Shown here: in pieces, positions 30,684 to 40,786 of the stretch | Layout: each line of letters opens with the position of its first letter | Position numbering within the stretch: position 1 is the first letter of the stretch | Source of the DNA: an uncultured Verrucomicrobiae bacterium | Lineage (GTDB): Bacteria; Verrucomicrobiota; Verrucomicrobiia; Chthoniobacterales; UBA10450 | DNA length: 64,000 nt | NCBI GenBank assembly: GCA_963735805.1 | Contig: CAVTMK010000004.1 | Location: 320,001-384,000, forward strand | Direction of reading: 5' to 3' | Program-made: the position numbers and the translations under genes | Notes under the pieces: model-generated | Seen by the model: only the letters and a program-made list of their open reading frames with translations | What the model was told of the DNA's origin: nothing | The model's database searches: none

Positions 30684-30756
30684 CGCTAAGAGCGTTGAAC
30701 CTTGAAGTGTTAAACGGGCCGGTTACGTAACGCTTTAACGCTTCAACGTTTTAGTG
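30684..30756. repeat. Octamer-periodic inverted repeat element (CGTTRAAG family)
   Basis: CGTTGAA CCTTGAAG TGTTAAAC, spacer, ACGTAACG CTTTAACG CTTCAACG TTTTAGTG. Confidence 0.75.
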
Positions 30757-30771
30757 CTAAATTCGGCCCGC

Positions 30772-32877
30772 ATGCACTGGCTCGGGCGTCATCGTCTCCT
30801 GGTCCTCGCTTTGATTTGCATTTCTTGGACGGGCTTGATCGTTTCCGGTCATTTTTTTCCGGGCGTGCCATTTATTTCGGCGCCGTGGCGCGGTGAACAG
30901 AGCTTTGAGGACTTCCTTCGGCGTGAAGGCCGGAAGACGCCGGCACCGTCCGACTTTGTTTTTCTGGGGATCGATCAAAGCACATTGCAGTTGCCACCGC
31001 TGACCGCTGAAGAGATTGCGAGCAACCGCGCCTTTCAGCTTATGACCGAGAAGCCGTTCCCGTGGTCGCGGGAAGTCTGGGCGCTTTTGCTCGATCGTTT
31101 GTTCGCGGCGGGTGCGCGTCTGGTGATATTCGATATGATCTTTAGTCCGCCCAACGACGGGGATACAGCCTTTCACTCTGCGCTTGATCGTTACCGTGAT
31201 GAGGTTGTGATCGGCGCAAATTTCGACATGGCGAATACAGCTCAAGCCGTCACGCCGAACAATACGCTGATTCCACCGCCCCAATTGCAGGATAATCGCG
31301 TCGGGTTCGTCAATTTCTGGACCGATCCAATCGACGGAAAGATTCGCGCTGTAACTTACCGCGTGACCGACCGGCAACTCGCCGATCTACCGCCCGACTC
31401 GACCGAAGAAGTCTATCAATCCCTTTCGGCCCGTGCACTCGCCAAGATCGGTCACGCGAATGATGTGCCGCAGGATTTTCGTGGTCACATGATTCGCTTC
31501 ACGTCGCCGGATGCGTTTGCGCCTCGTCCGCTATACGAAGTTTTCGATCCAAAGTTTTGGCGTGCTAATTACGCCGACGGCTCATTTTTTAAGAACAAAA
31601 TTGTGATGGTGGGATCGTCAGCACAGGTCGAGCACGATTTCGTCGATACGCCCATGAGCCCGACCACGCTAGGTCCGGCGCTGCATCTGCAGGCAATGGC
31701 TGCGGCGATGAACCATGAATTTTTGCGCCAGACCCCGGCAAAGACTGGCCTTGTCCTTGTCGGCGCGGCGGGGTTGGTGGCGTGGTCGCTGGTCGCCTTT
31801 TTGCGTCGGCCGTTACTTTGTCTTGGTACGCTGGTTGTGCTTACAGGCGCGTATCTTGGTTCGGCACGACTTCTCTACGATAAGACAGGGCTTCTTCTCC
31901 TCACTGTTCCCGTGCTTTCGGCCCTGGTGTTAAGCGGATTATTTTCGCTCGGGTTGGAGTACGCACTCGAATGGCGTGAGAGGGTACGCACCAGGCGCAC
32001 CCTCGAACGTTATGTCTCGAAAAATTTGGTGAAAGAGGTTCTGGAAAATCCGGACAGCTACTACAGCTCGCTCCGCGGCGCGCGCCTCCCTGTCACCGTC
32101 CTGTTTTCGGATTTGATCGGGTTCACCACGTTGTCCGAGAAGGGCGACCCCGAGGCGTTAGTTGCACAACTTAATGAATATCTCAGCCGCATGACCTCGG
32201 TTGTTTTCAGGCACGGTGGTACGCTGGATAAATTCATTGGAGATGGGATCATGGCCGTATGGGGCAATGTGCGCAGCTTTGGCATGGCAGAGGACGCGAA
32301 AAAGTGTGCGCGCGCGGCGCTGGGAATGCGGCATGAGTTACGACAGCTCAATCAAAACTGGCGCGAACAGGGGCGAATGGGGTTTGGCATGGGCATTGGC
32401 ATCAATCACGGTGAAGTGATTGTTGGCAATGTTGGCTCGCACGAGCGCATGGATCCCACGGTGATTGGCGACTCGGCGAATCTCGCGTCGCGGATTGAGG
32501 GTCTTACTCGAGTTTATGGGCTCGATATTCTGGTCGGTGCGACAGCCGCCGAGCTGGTGCGAGACGAGGTTTACCTTCGCTCGGTTGCCCGCGTACAAGT
32601 GAAAGGCAAGACCAAACCGGTGGATGTCTTCACTTTTATTGGCGCCCGGAACGAAGAGGGCGATCCGGAATTCCTGAAGTGGCTGGAGACGTACGAAGAG
32701 GGATTAGAGAAGTTCCGGGGCCGCGATTTTACTGAGGCAAAGATTCTGTTTTCTCGTTTCCTGGAATTTTATCCAGACGATTTACTTGCCAAAATGTATC
32801 TGAATCGCGCGCTCGAATACGAGCAGACGCCCCCGGATGAAGCCTGGGCGGCGGTGGAGGTGTTCGAGAAAAAGTGA
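30772..32877 (+). CDS. CHASE2-domain class III adenylate cyclase
   Basis: CHASE2 features (FPWSR, FD.IF, DGKIR, VMVG), 3 TM helices, VLFSDLIGFT, DKFIGDG.MA, TVIGDSANLASRIEG. Confidence 0.92.
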   Translation: MHWLGRHRLLVLALICISWTGLIVSGHFFPGVPFISAPWRGEQSFEDFLRREGRKTPAPSDFVFLGIDQSTLQLPPLTAEEIASNRAFQLMTEKPFPWSREVWALLLDRLFAAGARLVIFDMIFSPPNDGDTAFHSALDRYRDEVVIGANFDMANTAQAVTPNNTLIPPPQLQDNRVGFVNFWTDPIDGKIRAVTYRVTDRQLADLPPDSTEEVYQSLSARALAKIGHANDVPQDFRGHMIRFTSPDAFAPRPLYEVFDPKFWRANYADGSFFKNKIVMVGSSAQVEHDFVDTPMSPTTLGPALHLQAMAAAMNHEFLRQTPAKTGLVLVGAAGLVAWSLVAFLRRPLLCLGTLVVLTGAYLGSARLLYDKTGLLLLTVPVLSALVLSGLFSLGLEYALEWRERVRTRRTLERYVSKNLVKEVLENPDSYYSSLRGARLPVTVLFSDLIGFTTLSEKGDPEALVAQLNEYLSRMTSVVFRHGGTLDKFIGDGIMAVWGNVRSFGMAEDAKKCARAALGMRHELRQLNQNWREQGRMGFGMGIGINHGEVIVGNVGSHERMDPTVIGDSANLASRIEGLTRVYGLDILVGATAAELVRDEVYLRSVARVQVKGKTKPVDVFTFIGARNEEGDPEFLKWLETYEEGLEKFRGRDFTEAKILFSRFLEFYPDDLLAKMYLNRALEYEQTPPDEAWAAVEVFEKK

Positions 32878-32896
32878 TGGTTGCGGATCGCGTTCT

Positions 32897-33020
32897 GTGA
32901 TCCTGAGCCGCGAAGACGGCGAAGACCTCACAAATACGCACGCCGTCACGCGGGATCATGCGCAATGTTCCTCGGATAAGAGGCACGTTCTGTGAGGTCC
33001 CTCGCTTCGCTCGGGATGAC
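32897..33020. repeat. REP/MITE-like palindromic element
   Basis: GTGATCCTGAGCCGCGAAGACGGCGAAGACCTCACA ... TGTGAGGTCCCTCGCTTCGCTCGGGATGAC. Confidence 0.8.
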
Positions 33021-33071
33021 GCGCGTTTTCGTTTTGCTGGCGAAATTCGCTATGCAGCGTAAAGAATCCGC

Positions 33072-34463
33072 GTGAAGGAAGCGCCAAAGAGTTTTCATTT
33101 CCTTGGGATTTGCGGCACAGCCATGGCCTCGGTGGCAGCAGCGCTGAATGAGCGCGGATTCACAGTCACCGGGTCGGATGAAAATGTTTATCCGCCGATG
33201 TCGACCTTTCTTCAGGGAAAAGGCATCTCATTGAAAGAGGGTTATCGCGCGGAGAACATTCCTGCGGATGCAGATGTCGTGGTGATTGGCAACGCGATGA
33301 CGCGCGGCAATCCCGAAGTAGAAGCCGTGCTGAACAGAAAGCTCCTTTATCTTTCGTTGCCGGAAGTGCTTAAAAATTATTTTTTGCGCGGGCGCCATAA
33401 TCTCGTTGTTACGGGGACGCACGGCAAAACAACGACAACGGCGTTGCTTGCCTGGATCATGGAGAAAGCCGGACGTAAACCGGCTTACGTCATCGGTGGA
33501 CTTCCGAAGAATCTCGGCCAGGGAGCGCGCTTGAATGATTCAAAGTATTTCGTGATCGAAGGCGACGAGTACGACTCAGCGTTTTTTGACAAGCGCTCGA
33601 AATTTATTCATTACCTGCCAGAGCTGCTCATCATCAACAACATCGAGTTCGATCATGCCGATATCTTCAACAGCCTTGATGAAATCAAGCTTAGCTTCCG
33701 GCGTTTGCTCAACATTGTTCCCCAGAACGGCATGGTGGTGGTGAACGGCGACGACGCCAATTGCGTCGAGGTGGCAAAAGATTGTCTTGCGCAGATGATT
33801 GAAGTGGGTTTCTCGAAGAATTGTGCGCAGCGAATTTGCGATGTCGTCTGTTCGGCTGCGGGGTCGAGATTCAAGCTCGGAGATGAGGCATTCGAAATTC
33901 CGCTTGTAGGCGAATTCAATGTTCGCAACGCCGCAATGGCGGCGATTGCAGCGCGATTTTATAATGTGCCGAAGGCAAAAATCGACAGCGCGTTCAAGAG
34001 CTTTTCAGGAATCGCGCGTCGACAGGAACTTCGCGGTGAAGCGCGAGGCGTAAAAGTGATCGACGATTTCGGTCACCATCCGACTGCAATTGCCCAGACC
34101 TTGGAAGCATTGCGCCACCGATACCGCGGAAATCGCCTCTGGGCAGTCTTCGAACCCCGCTCCAACACAACGCGGCGAGCAGTCTTTCAACGGGAGCTTC
34201 CCGACGCCTTGAAGTTAGCCGATGGAGTTTTCATGTCGCAGGTGGCCAAGCTGGAACAAATCCCGGAAAAAGAGCGACTAAATCCGGAGAAAGTTGTGGC
34301 TGCGATTGGCAAGGCAGGCCGTCCTGCATTTTACGAGCGGAACGCCGATGCAATCGTGGATCGGATCGTTCCGATGCTGCGGCCCAATGATGTCGTCGCA
34401 GTTTTTAGCAATGGCGGTTTTGATAACATCCACGAGAAGTTGTTAACGCGTTTGAGATCGTGA
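33072..34463 (+). CDS. mpl: Murein peptide ligase (UDP-MurNAc:L-Ala-gamma-D-Glu-mDAP ligase)
   Basis: HFLGICGTAM, YPPMST, GTHGKTTT, EGDEYDSAFFDKRSKF, DDFGHHPTAI, EPRSNT, SNGGF. Confidence 0.92.
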   Translation: MKEAPKSFHFLGICGTAMASVAAALNERGFTVTGSDENVYPPMSTFLQGKGISLKEGYRAENIPADADVVVIGNAMTRGNPEVEAVLNRKLLYLSLPEVLKNYFLRGRHNLVVTGTHGKTTTTALLAWIMEKAGRKPAYVIGGLPKNLGQGARLNDSKYFVIEGDEYDSAFFDKRSKFIHYLPELLIINNIEFDHADIFNSLDEIKLSFRRLLNIVPQNGMVVVNGDDANCVEVAKDCLAQMIEVGFSKNCAQRICDVVCSAAGSRFKLGDEAFEIPLVGEFNVRNAAMAAIAARFYNVPKAKIDSAFKSFSGIARRQELRGEARGVKVIDDFGHHPTAIAQTLEALRHRYRGNRLWAVFEPRSNTTRRAVFQRELPDALKLADGVFMSQVAKLEQIPEKERLNPEKVVAAIGKAGRPAFYERNADAIVDRIVPMLRPNDVVAVFSNGGFDNIHEKLLTRLRS

Positions 34464-34518
34464 TTCGAGACCCGGTGATTTGTTAAATCGGGGAACGACG
34501 AATCACGGGCATTTCGAA

Positions 34519-35004
34519 TCACGGCGTCGGCGGAGCCGCCGACGTATGATCGTGTACAATTCGCCATCCTTCAGGCAGGAGTTTAAGAATGAGCGTGAAT
34601 CGGCCGTGCGGCTGATCGTTTGCACGATTCAGTTTCCACTGGCCGGATGCTACTGCCGAATCAGATGACAGCAGCGTGATTTCCACGTCGGAAAACATGA
34701 GCGTCCCCATCTTGGCCCGGTTGGAATATTTTTGCTTGTAACGATTGCGCACAGTTTGCCAGCCGCGCCTGATTGTGTCTTCTGAAATAAAGACTGTCGA
34801 TGCCGAGCGAGCATATCCATTCATAAATCCATCAATATCGCCCCGGTTCCAGGCATCCTGCTGCTTCTGGAGAACGGATCGAATCTGAGTTGCTGAACTG
34901 GCGGTTTGTTCGGGTGCTGCAAAGGGAGCGACCACCATCGCCATGAGGCCACAAGACGCGATCGCGATGCAATGCACTCTACCCAGACTCAGAGGACTGA
35001 TCAT
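34519..35004 (-). CDS. Exported NTF2/SnoaL-like (DUF4440/YybH) protein; start uncertain (35004 or 34977)
   Basis: QQDAWNRGDIDGFM.GY, GRFTL, WRIVHDHTS. Confidence 0.82.
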   Translation of the reverse strand: MISPLSLGRVHCIAIASCGLMAMVVAPFAAPEQTASSATQIRSVLQKQQDAWNRGDIDGFMNGYARSASTVFISEDTIRRGWQTVRNRYKQKYSNRAKMGTLMFSDVEITLLSSDSAVASGQWKLNRANDQPHGRFTLILKLLPEGWRIVHDHTSAAPPTP

Positions 35005-35134
35005 TTGCGGCGACAGCAATCTCTTGTAAGCTAGCTGCCCTGCTGGGTCCAGCTTCAGGATTGTTTCAACCGAGGGAAATATTTTGACGGGTCTCATAAA
35101 TGCACTAGCGTCGCCCATCCATCCAAATAAGGCT

Positions 35135-37492
35135 GTGCACCGCTTTTTCTGCATCGCGACGCTTGTGCTTGCCAGCGCGACGGCCGTTTCCGGTCAGAAC
35201 AGACCGCCTCGTCCCGAAGCAACTCCCGCTTCCGAGGCAGCAAGATCTGAGCCGGTAGAAGCGCCCGCGCCTCCGCCTCCAAACGCGCCTTCTACGGTTC
35301 GCCTCCAGTTTCCAAACAGTGATGTCGTCGATGTGCTGCATCTCTACGAGCAGCTCACCGGCAAAAAGCTGGTCATGGACAATTTCGTGCAGGGCAAGGT
35401 GAACATTTTCATCGCCAAGGATGTGTCGCGCGAAGAAGCGATCAAGATCATCGAGATGAGCATGTCCCTGAACGGAATTTCTCTCGTTCCAGCTGGCAAG
35501 GACTTGATCGACGTTGTGGGCGCGGGCCAAAATCCTCGGAAAGCGCCGGTGCCAATCGTTTCCGATCTGGCGGATATCCCTGCGGGGAACCCGGTGATCA
35601 GCTTCCTGTTCCATCTGCAGTACGCGGATGCACAGGAACTCCAACAAGTGTTGATGGCATATTTTCAGGGAAGCTCAGGAACGATCAATATTCTCGCCCT
35701 GCCGAAAGCATCGGCTCTTCTGGTGACGCAGAACGCCGACATTATCCGACAGCTTGCAAGTGTAATAAACCAGGTAGACGTGGCACCTGCGGAAGTTGTC
35801 AGTGAGTTCATCAAGCTCGATCGCGCCGATGCGAGCAAAGTCTCCGATATGCTCAAGGACATTTTCGAGAAGGGCACCGAATCGCCTACTCAGCCGGGCG
35901 TTCGCAATGTGAAATTGCCTGGAGCGATTCCGCAACCCCAGCAGGCTGAAGGCCCGGGATTAGGGGTGCTATCCGAGGAAGCCATCATCGTAGGTAAAAT
36001 CAAACTGACTCCCGACGTGCGCACCAACCGTATTCACGTCGTGACGCGCCCGATCAACATGCCTTTCATCCGGGAACTGATTCATCAATTTGATGCCAAC
36101 GTTGAATTTGCGAAGCCCGTCACGCGGTATTTGCAATACGTATCGGCCGGTGACGTTCTGCCCGTGCTGGTTCAGGCGTTGACGGAGCCAGGCACTGAGG
36201 GCGCTGGCGCGCAACCCGGCGGCGGGCTGCCTGGCGCGAGTCCGCAACCGCAGCAGCAACAACAACAGCGAGGCGCGAATCCCTACTTGAACCAGAACAG
36301 TGGCACGACTGGTTTCGGGGGTACGGGTGGGAGCGGCAGCACATTGAATATTTCCGAGGAGCTCCAGACGCAACCGGTAAACACCACGCCGCAAGCCGTC
36401 ACGGTCGGAAACTCCAAGCTCATCGCCGACCAGCGCGCCAATTCCATCATCATCCTCGGAAATCGAGACGTTGTGGTGAAGGTGGAGAAAATCCTGGATC
36501 AAATGGATGTCCAGGCGCCGCAAGTCGCGCTGAGCACGGTGATCGGCCAGTTGACGCTCGGCAACAACGAGGAGTTCGGTGTCGATTGGTTCGCAAAATA
36601 CCATAACAGGTTCCTCGGCACCACGCGCAATAACAACATATTTGGCACTACTAATGTGCCACACGATCCCGGAGTTCCGGTGCCCAGTGGCTCGGCCGCG
36701 CCCAACATTCTCGATCCCTCAAACCTGATTAACTTCAGCAATATTATTCAGAGTGTGGGCGGCGGGACCAACCTTTACGTGGCAGCCGGCAACGCTTTCG
36801 CTGCCATAGTGCACCTCCTTGAGTCCACGAATCGTTTCAAAGTTTTGTCGCGGCCGACGGTTTTCACAAGCAACAATAAGAAAGCTATCATCGCTTCCGG
36901 CCAGGAAGTTCCCGTGCCGACGAGCACTCTGACGAATGCCGGGGTTGTTAACACACAAGCTTCTATTCAATCAAGCATCGAGTACAAAAGTGTCGTGCTT
37001 CAGCTCGAGGTCGTGCCGCTTATTAATTCCGAGAAGGTCGTGTCGCTCGATATTTTGCAGAAGATCGACAGCCTCGTTCCGAATGGAAACGTACTCATCA
37101 GTGGTAATGAGGTCCCAACAATCGACACCAAGTATATTCGCACGAACGTTTCCGCGGCGAACGGGTCTACCATTATTCTGGGCGGATTAATCCAGGAGCA
37201 AAAGCAGAAGCAGACCCAGGGTTTTCCTTATCTCTCACGCATTCCTCTCATTGGCGCCGCGTTCCGCAGCACATCAAGTGGCAAACAACGGCAGGAATTA
37301 GTCATTCTCATGTGTCCGCAGGTGACCCTGACCAAGCTGGATCAGTATCGGCTGCGCCAGAAGTGGGAGAACACGACTCATTTTGGCGCGGACCTGGATC
37401 AGAACGAGTGTCCGGATTGCCCCAAAACGCAAGAGGGCAAACAGTTAACCTTGCCACCACCTGATATTCCCGAACCGAAAGATATGCGTTAA
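35135..37492 (+). CDS. gspD: Type II secretion secretin (GspD-like)
   Basis: Signal peptide, N0-N3 repeats (DVRTNRI, ADQRANSII), QV.L..VI, KVLSRP.V.TSNNKKA.I..GQEVP, ILGGLI, P.LSRIPLIG..F. Confidence 0.85.
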   Translation: MHRFFCIATLVLASATAVSGQNRPPRPEATPASEAARSEPVEAPAPPPPNAPSTVRLQFPNSDVVDVLHLYEQLTGKKLVMDNFVQGKVNIFIAKDVSREEAIKIIEMSMSLNGISLVPAGKDLIDVVGAGQNPRKAPVPIVSDLADIPAGNPVISFLFHLQYADAQELQQVLMAYFQGSSGTINILALPKASALLVTQNADIIRQLASVINQVDVAPAEVVSEFIKLDRADASKVSDMLKDIFEKGTESPTQPGVRNVKLPGAIPQPQQAEGPGLGVLSEEAIIVGKIKLTPDVRTNRIHVVTRPINMPFIRELIHQFDANVEFAKPVTRYLQYVSAGDVLPVLVQALTEPGTEGAGAQPGGGLPGASPQPQQQQQQRGANPYLNQNSGTTGFGGTGGSGSTLNISEELQTQPVNTTPQAVTVGNSKLIADQRANSIIILGNRDVVVKVEKILDQMDVQAPQVALSTVIGQLTLGNNEEFGVDWFAKYHNRFLGTTRNNNIFGTTNVPHDPGVPVPSGSAAPNILDPSNLINFSNIIQSVGGGTNLYVAAGNAFAAIVHLLESTNRFKVLSRPTVFTSNNKKAIIASGQEVPVPTSTLTNAGVVNTQASIQSSIEYKSVVLQLEVVPLINSEKVVSLDILQKIDSLVPNGNVLISGNEVPTIDTKYIRTNVSAANGSTIILGGLIQEQKQKQTQGFPYLSRIPLIGAAFRSTSSGKQRQELVILMCPQVTLTKLDQYRLRQKWENTTHFGADLDQNECPDCPKTQEGKQLTLPPPDIPEPKDMR

Positions 37493-37507
37493 CTTGCTTC
37501 TATTTTT

Positions 37508-37918
37508 ATGAAACGAATAGCTCTCACGTTAACCCTGTGTCTTGGCGCGACCATCGCGCTGGCCGATGATTACGATATTCTGGACTACGATTTTATTCGT
37601 TCAATCGATCCATTGGCTCAGAGAGACGAATGGGCTCTGCTCCACCAGGGGAAAACTCTGAATGCGACTGACTTTGCACCACGGTACAAGTGGCGATGGT
37701 GTTACTACTTCAAGGATGGCGAGCAACTCATTGCGCAACCCGCTTATGTGGGCTCTATGCAAACGGCCCTGCGTCGACTTGGTTATTACTGCGGCCCGGT
37801 CAACGGCGTGTTTACGCCCCAAGTAAGCGAGGCCATTGCACGACTGCAAAAGAATTGTTCCATGCGTGTGACGGGTACCCTCACCGAACCGGTACGACGC
37901 GCATTGCATCTACCTTGA
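37508..37918 (+). CDS. Exported protein with peptidoglycan-binding domain
   Basis: Signal peptide; MQTALRRLGYYCGPVNG....VSEAI..LQ......TG.L. Confidence 0.75.
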   Translation: MKRIALTLTLCLGATIALADDYDILDYDFIRSIDPLAQRDEWALLHQGKTLNATDFAPRYKWRWCYYFKDGEQLIAQPAYVGSMQTALRRLGYYCGPVNGVFTPQVSEAIARLQKNCSMRVTGTLTEPVRRALHLP

Positions 37919-38084
37919 GCGCTCAAGGAGAGCGCGGTTTCTGTCAATACGTTAAAAACGGCGGTGTCGAGAACGCAGCTTCTTGATTACGCATTATGCG
38001 TGAAAGACCTTGCGAAACGCCTTAAATCGGTTTCATTCGAACGCTTCCAATTCTGCATTGTCGATTCTAATGAACGTCCCCTGA

Positions 38085-39824
38085 ATGAGCTCATCTGCCA
38101 ATCAATCGCTGATTAATTTGCTGTTGGAAAGCGGTGTTGCTTCGACTGAAGACGCGGCACAACTTGCAGTGAACCTGAACGGCGGTTCCTGGGTGAGCCA
38201 GGTACTTGATTCCGGCAAGGTTGATGAGCAGCGCTTTCTCGGCGCGATCGGCAACTTCTTCCGCGTGCCGGTTACGTCTATCGATGCAAAAGCGATTGAT
38301 CGCGCGACATTATCGGCCTTACCGAGTCGCTTTGTTTTTCAACATCACATTTTGCCCATCGAGGTGAAGGAAAACGCAGTGGTGCTGGCGACGTACGATC
38401 TTTTTAACTCTATTGGCCGCCAACTTGCATCGCAGCTTTCGAAAAAGCCGGTGGAATGGGTGCTGGTGCCGCGTGCGCAGGTTCTGCGGGCGATGAAGAC
38501 TCTCTACGGCGTCGGCGCAGAAACATTCGATGAGATTCTTAAGACGAATCGTTCTTTCGAGGCGTTGCAGGATACCGAGACCGCCATCGATATGAATGAT
38601 GACGATCCGGAGGCGTCGGTGGTGAAATTTGTGAACCAGATTATTCGCGAAGCGATTTTCGAGCGCGCGACCGATATTCATGTCGAACCGTTGGAGAACG
38701 ATCTGCGGATTCGGTATCGAATCGACGGAATTTTGCACGAGGTCGCTGTGCCGCCGCAATTGCGAGTCCTGCAATCGGCCATTATCTCGCGCCTGAAAGT
38801 AATGTCGCACATGGACATCGCGGAGCGCCGTCTGCCGCAAGACGGGCGCATCAATCTGCAGTCGAACAATCAGAACATTGACGTGCGCGTTTCGACAATC
38901 CCAACGGTCAACGGCGAATCGATCAGTCTGCGATTGCTCATCCGCAGCCAACAACAGTTCGGATTTGATCGGCTCGAGCTCAGCGACCAGCAGGAGAAAA
39001 CCATTCGGCATCTGTTGGCGCAGCCCAACGGGATCATCCTTCTTACCGGTCCGACCGGCTGTGGAAAATCGACCTCGCTGTATTGCTTCTTAAGCAGCAT
39101 TAACTCGGTCCAGCGCCGTATCATCACCATTGAAGAACCAGTTGAATATCGAATTCCGGGTGTCTCACAAATCGATGTGAAACCGGAGATTGATCTGACG
39201 TTCGCAAAAGGTCTCCGCCACATTCTGCGACAGGACCCCAACGTGGTGATGGTGGGTGAGATTCGCGACATCGAAACCGCGGACATCGCAATCCGCGCGG
39301 CGATGACAGGTCACCTCGTTTTCAGTACGCTGCATACGAACGACGCCGTCGGTGGAATTACACGTTTGCTCGATATGGACGTGGAACCGTTTCTGCTCTC
39401 CTCGGTGGTGAAATCGTTCATTGCGCAACGGTTGGTACGCACCATTTGTCCTGACTGCGCGCAATTGGTTGATTATCCGCGCGAATATCTCGCTGAGATC
39501 GGTTTTCCGGTAAAGGAACTGGGCACCCGTTTCCAGCGTGGCGCCGGTTGCGATCAATGCCGCCAGACCGGCTATCAGGGTCGTGCGGCAATCTATGAGA
39601 TTTGCGTTATCACCGAGCCATTAAGAAAATTGATCATGCAAAAGCGCGATGGCGGCGAGCTCAAGCAATGTGCCATTGTTGAAGGCATGCAAACCTTGCG
39701 GCAGGACGGCTGGCGACGGGTCTCTCAAGGCAAAACAACGATCGAAGAAGTGGTTCGGGTCACGCAAACCGACGAGGTGATGGCCGAAACCACAGAAGAA
39801 GCCGAGCCGATGATGGCGGGGTAA
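38085..39824 (+). CDS. GspE/PilB-family secretion ATPase
   Basis: DIHVEP, ERRLPQDG, GPTGCGKS, LRQDP.V..VGEIRD, TGHLVFSTLHTND, CPDC/CDQC. Confidence 0.92.
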   Translation: MSSSANQSLINLLLESGVASTEDAAQLAVNLNGGSWVSQVLDSGKVDEQRFLGAIGNFFRVPVTSIDAKAIDRATLSALPSRFVFQHHILPIEVKENAVVLATYDLFNSIGRQLASQLSKKPVEWVLVPRAQVLRAMKTLYGVGAETFDEILKTNRSFEALQDTETAIDMNDDDPEASVVKFVNQIIREAIFERATDIHVEPLENDLRIRYRIDGILHEVAVPPQLRVLQSAIISRLKVMSHMDIAERRLPQDGRINLQSNNQNIDVRVSTIPTVNGESISLRLLIRSQQQFGFDRLELSDQQEKTIRHLLAQPNGIILLTGPTGCGKSTSLYCFLSSINSVQRRIITIEEPVEYRIPGVSQIDVKPEIDLTFAKGLRHILRQDPNVVMVGEIRDIETADIAIRAAMTGHLVFSTLHTNDAVGGITRLLDMDVEPFLLSSVVKSFIAQRLVRTICPDCAQLVDYPREYLAEIGFPVKELGTRFQRGAGCDQCRQTGYQGRAAIYEICVITEPLRKLIMQKRDGGELKQCAIVEGMQTLRQDGWRRVSQGKTTIEEVVRVTQTDEVMAETTEEAEPMMAG

Positions 39825-39900
39825 TTGCGCTAAGAGCAAAGCGCAAACACCGAAACGGAATACGCCATTGGTCCTTGGCTCTTAGCGTTTCAGTTTCTGC

Positions 39901-40551
39901 TCAGGAATCGCCGCGCAATTCGCGAATCGCCTTGGCGTAATCTTTCGCGTGAAAAATTGACGTGCCGGCGACGAGGACGTTTGCGCCGTTTTCGATCGAT
40001 ACTCGCGCGGTCTCGGCGTTGATGCCGCCGTCTACTTCGATGTCGATCGTGTCGCTCAGCGATCTTGCATGCCTAACTTTTGGCATTTGATCAGTTCGAA
40101 AGGATTGACCCCCGAAACCCGGATGCACGGTCATCACCAATAGCATGTCGATCTTGTCCAGAAACGGTTCGACTGAATCGAAGGAGGTCTCGGGATTTAG
40201 AGTGAGCCCGGCGCGGCAACCGGCTTCTCGAATCTGCCGCAATGTGTCCACCACGCTGTGTTTCGCCTTCGGTTCCACGTGAACAGTGATTGAGTTTGCG
40301 CCGGCTTTGATAAATCTCGGGACGTAGTGATCGGCATGCTCGATCATAAGATGAACATCAAGGGGCAGACTTGTTAGGCCGCGCACCCGTCCGACAATCT
40401 CCGGACCGAAGGAAATGTTATCGACGAAATGTCCATCCATGATGTCGCAGTGGATCCAATCGGCACCCGCGGCTTCCACGCGATGGATTTCGTCACCGAG
40501 TCGTGAGAAATCGGCGGCCAGAATGGACGAAGCGACAATCACTCTTCCCAT
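39901..40551 (-). CDS. rpe: Ribulose-phosphate 3-epimerase
   Basis: SILAADF, HCDIMDGHFV.N, DVHLM, MTVHPGFGGQ, EVDGGI. Confidence 0.96.
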   Translation of the reverse strand: MGRVIVASSILAADFSRLGDEIHRVEAAGADWIHCDIMDGHFVDNISFGPEIVGRVRGLTSLPLDVHLMIEHADHYVPRFIKAGANSITVHVEPKAKHSVVDTLRQIREAGCRAGLTLNPETSFDSVEPFLDKIDMLLVMTVHPGFGGQSFRTDQMPKVRHARSLSDTIDIEVDGGINAETARVSIENGANVLVAGTSIFHAKDYAKAIRELRGDS

Positions 40552-40786
40552 CAGTGATGGAGTAAAGGAGTAATGGGGTAATGGCAAGCATTCGGCAGCA
40601 CTCCACTGCTCCAACACTTCACAAGTCCAACAGAAATGCCGCTTGACGGCGTGCTGCTCTGTTTCATGTTACGGGCGTTTCAGCCGGCCGAATCGCGCTC
40701 GTGGGAGTGCCATGTGAAGACAGGCCGCCTCAGGCGGATGAACGCGCTTCTTCTCAGGCTGAAGAATTGCTGCTAATAAATAATTC

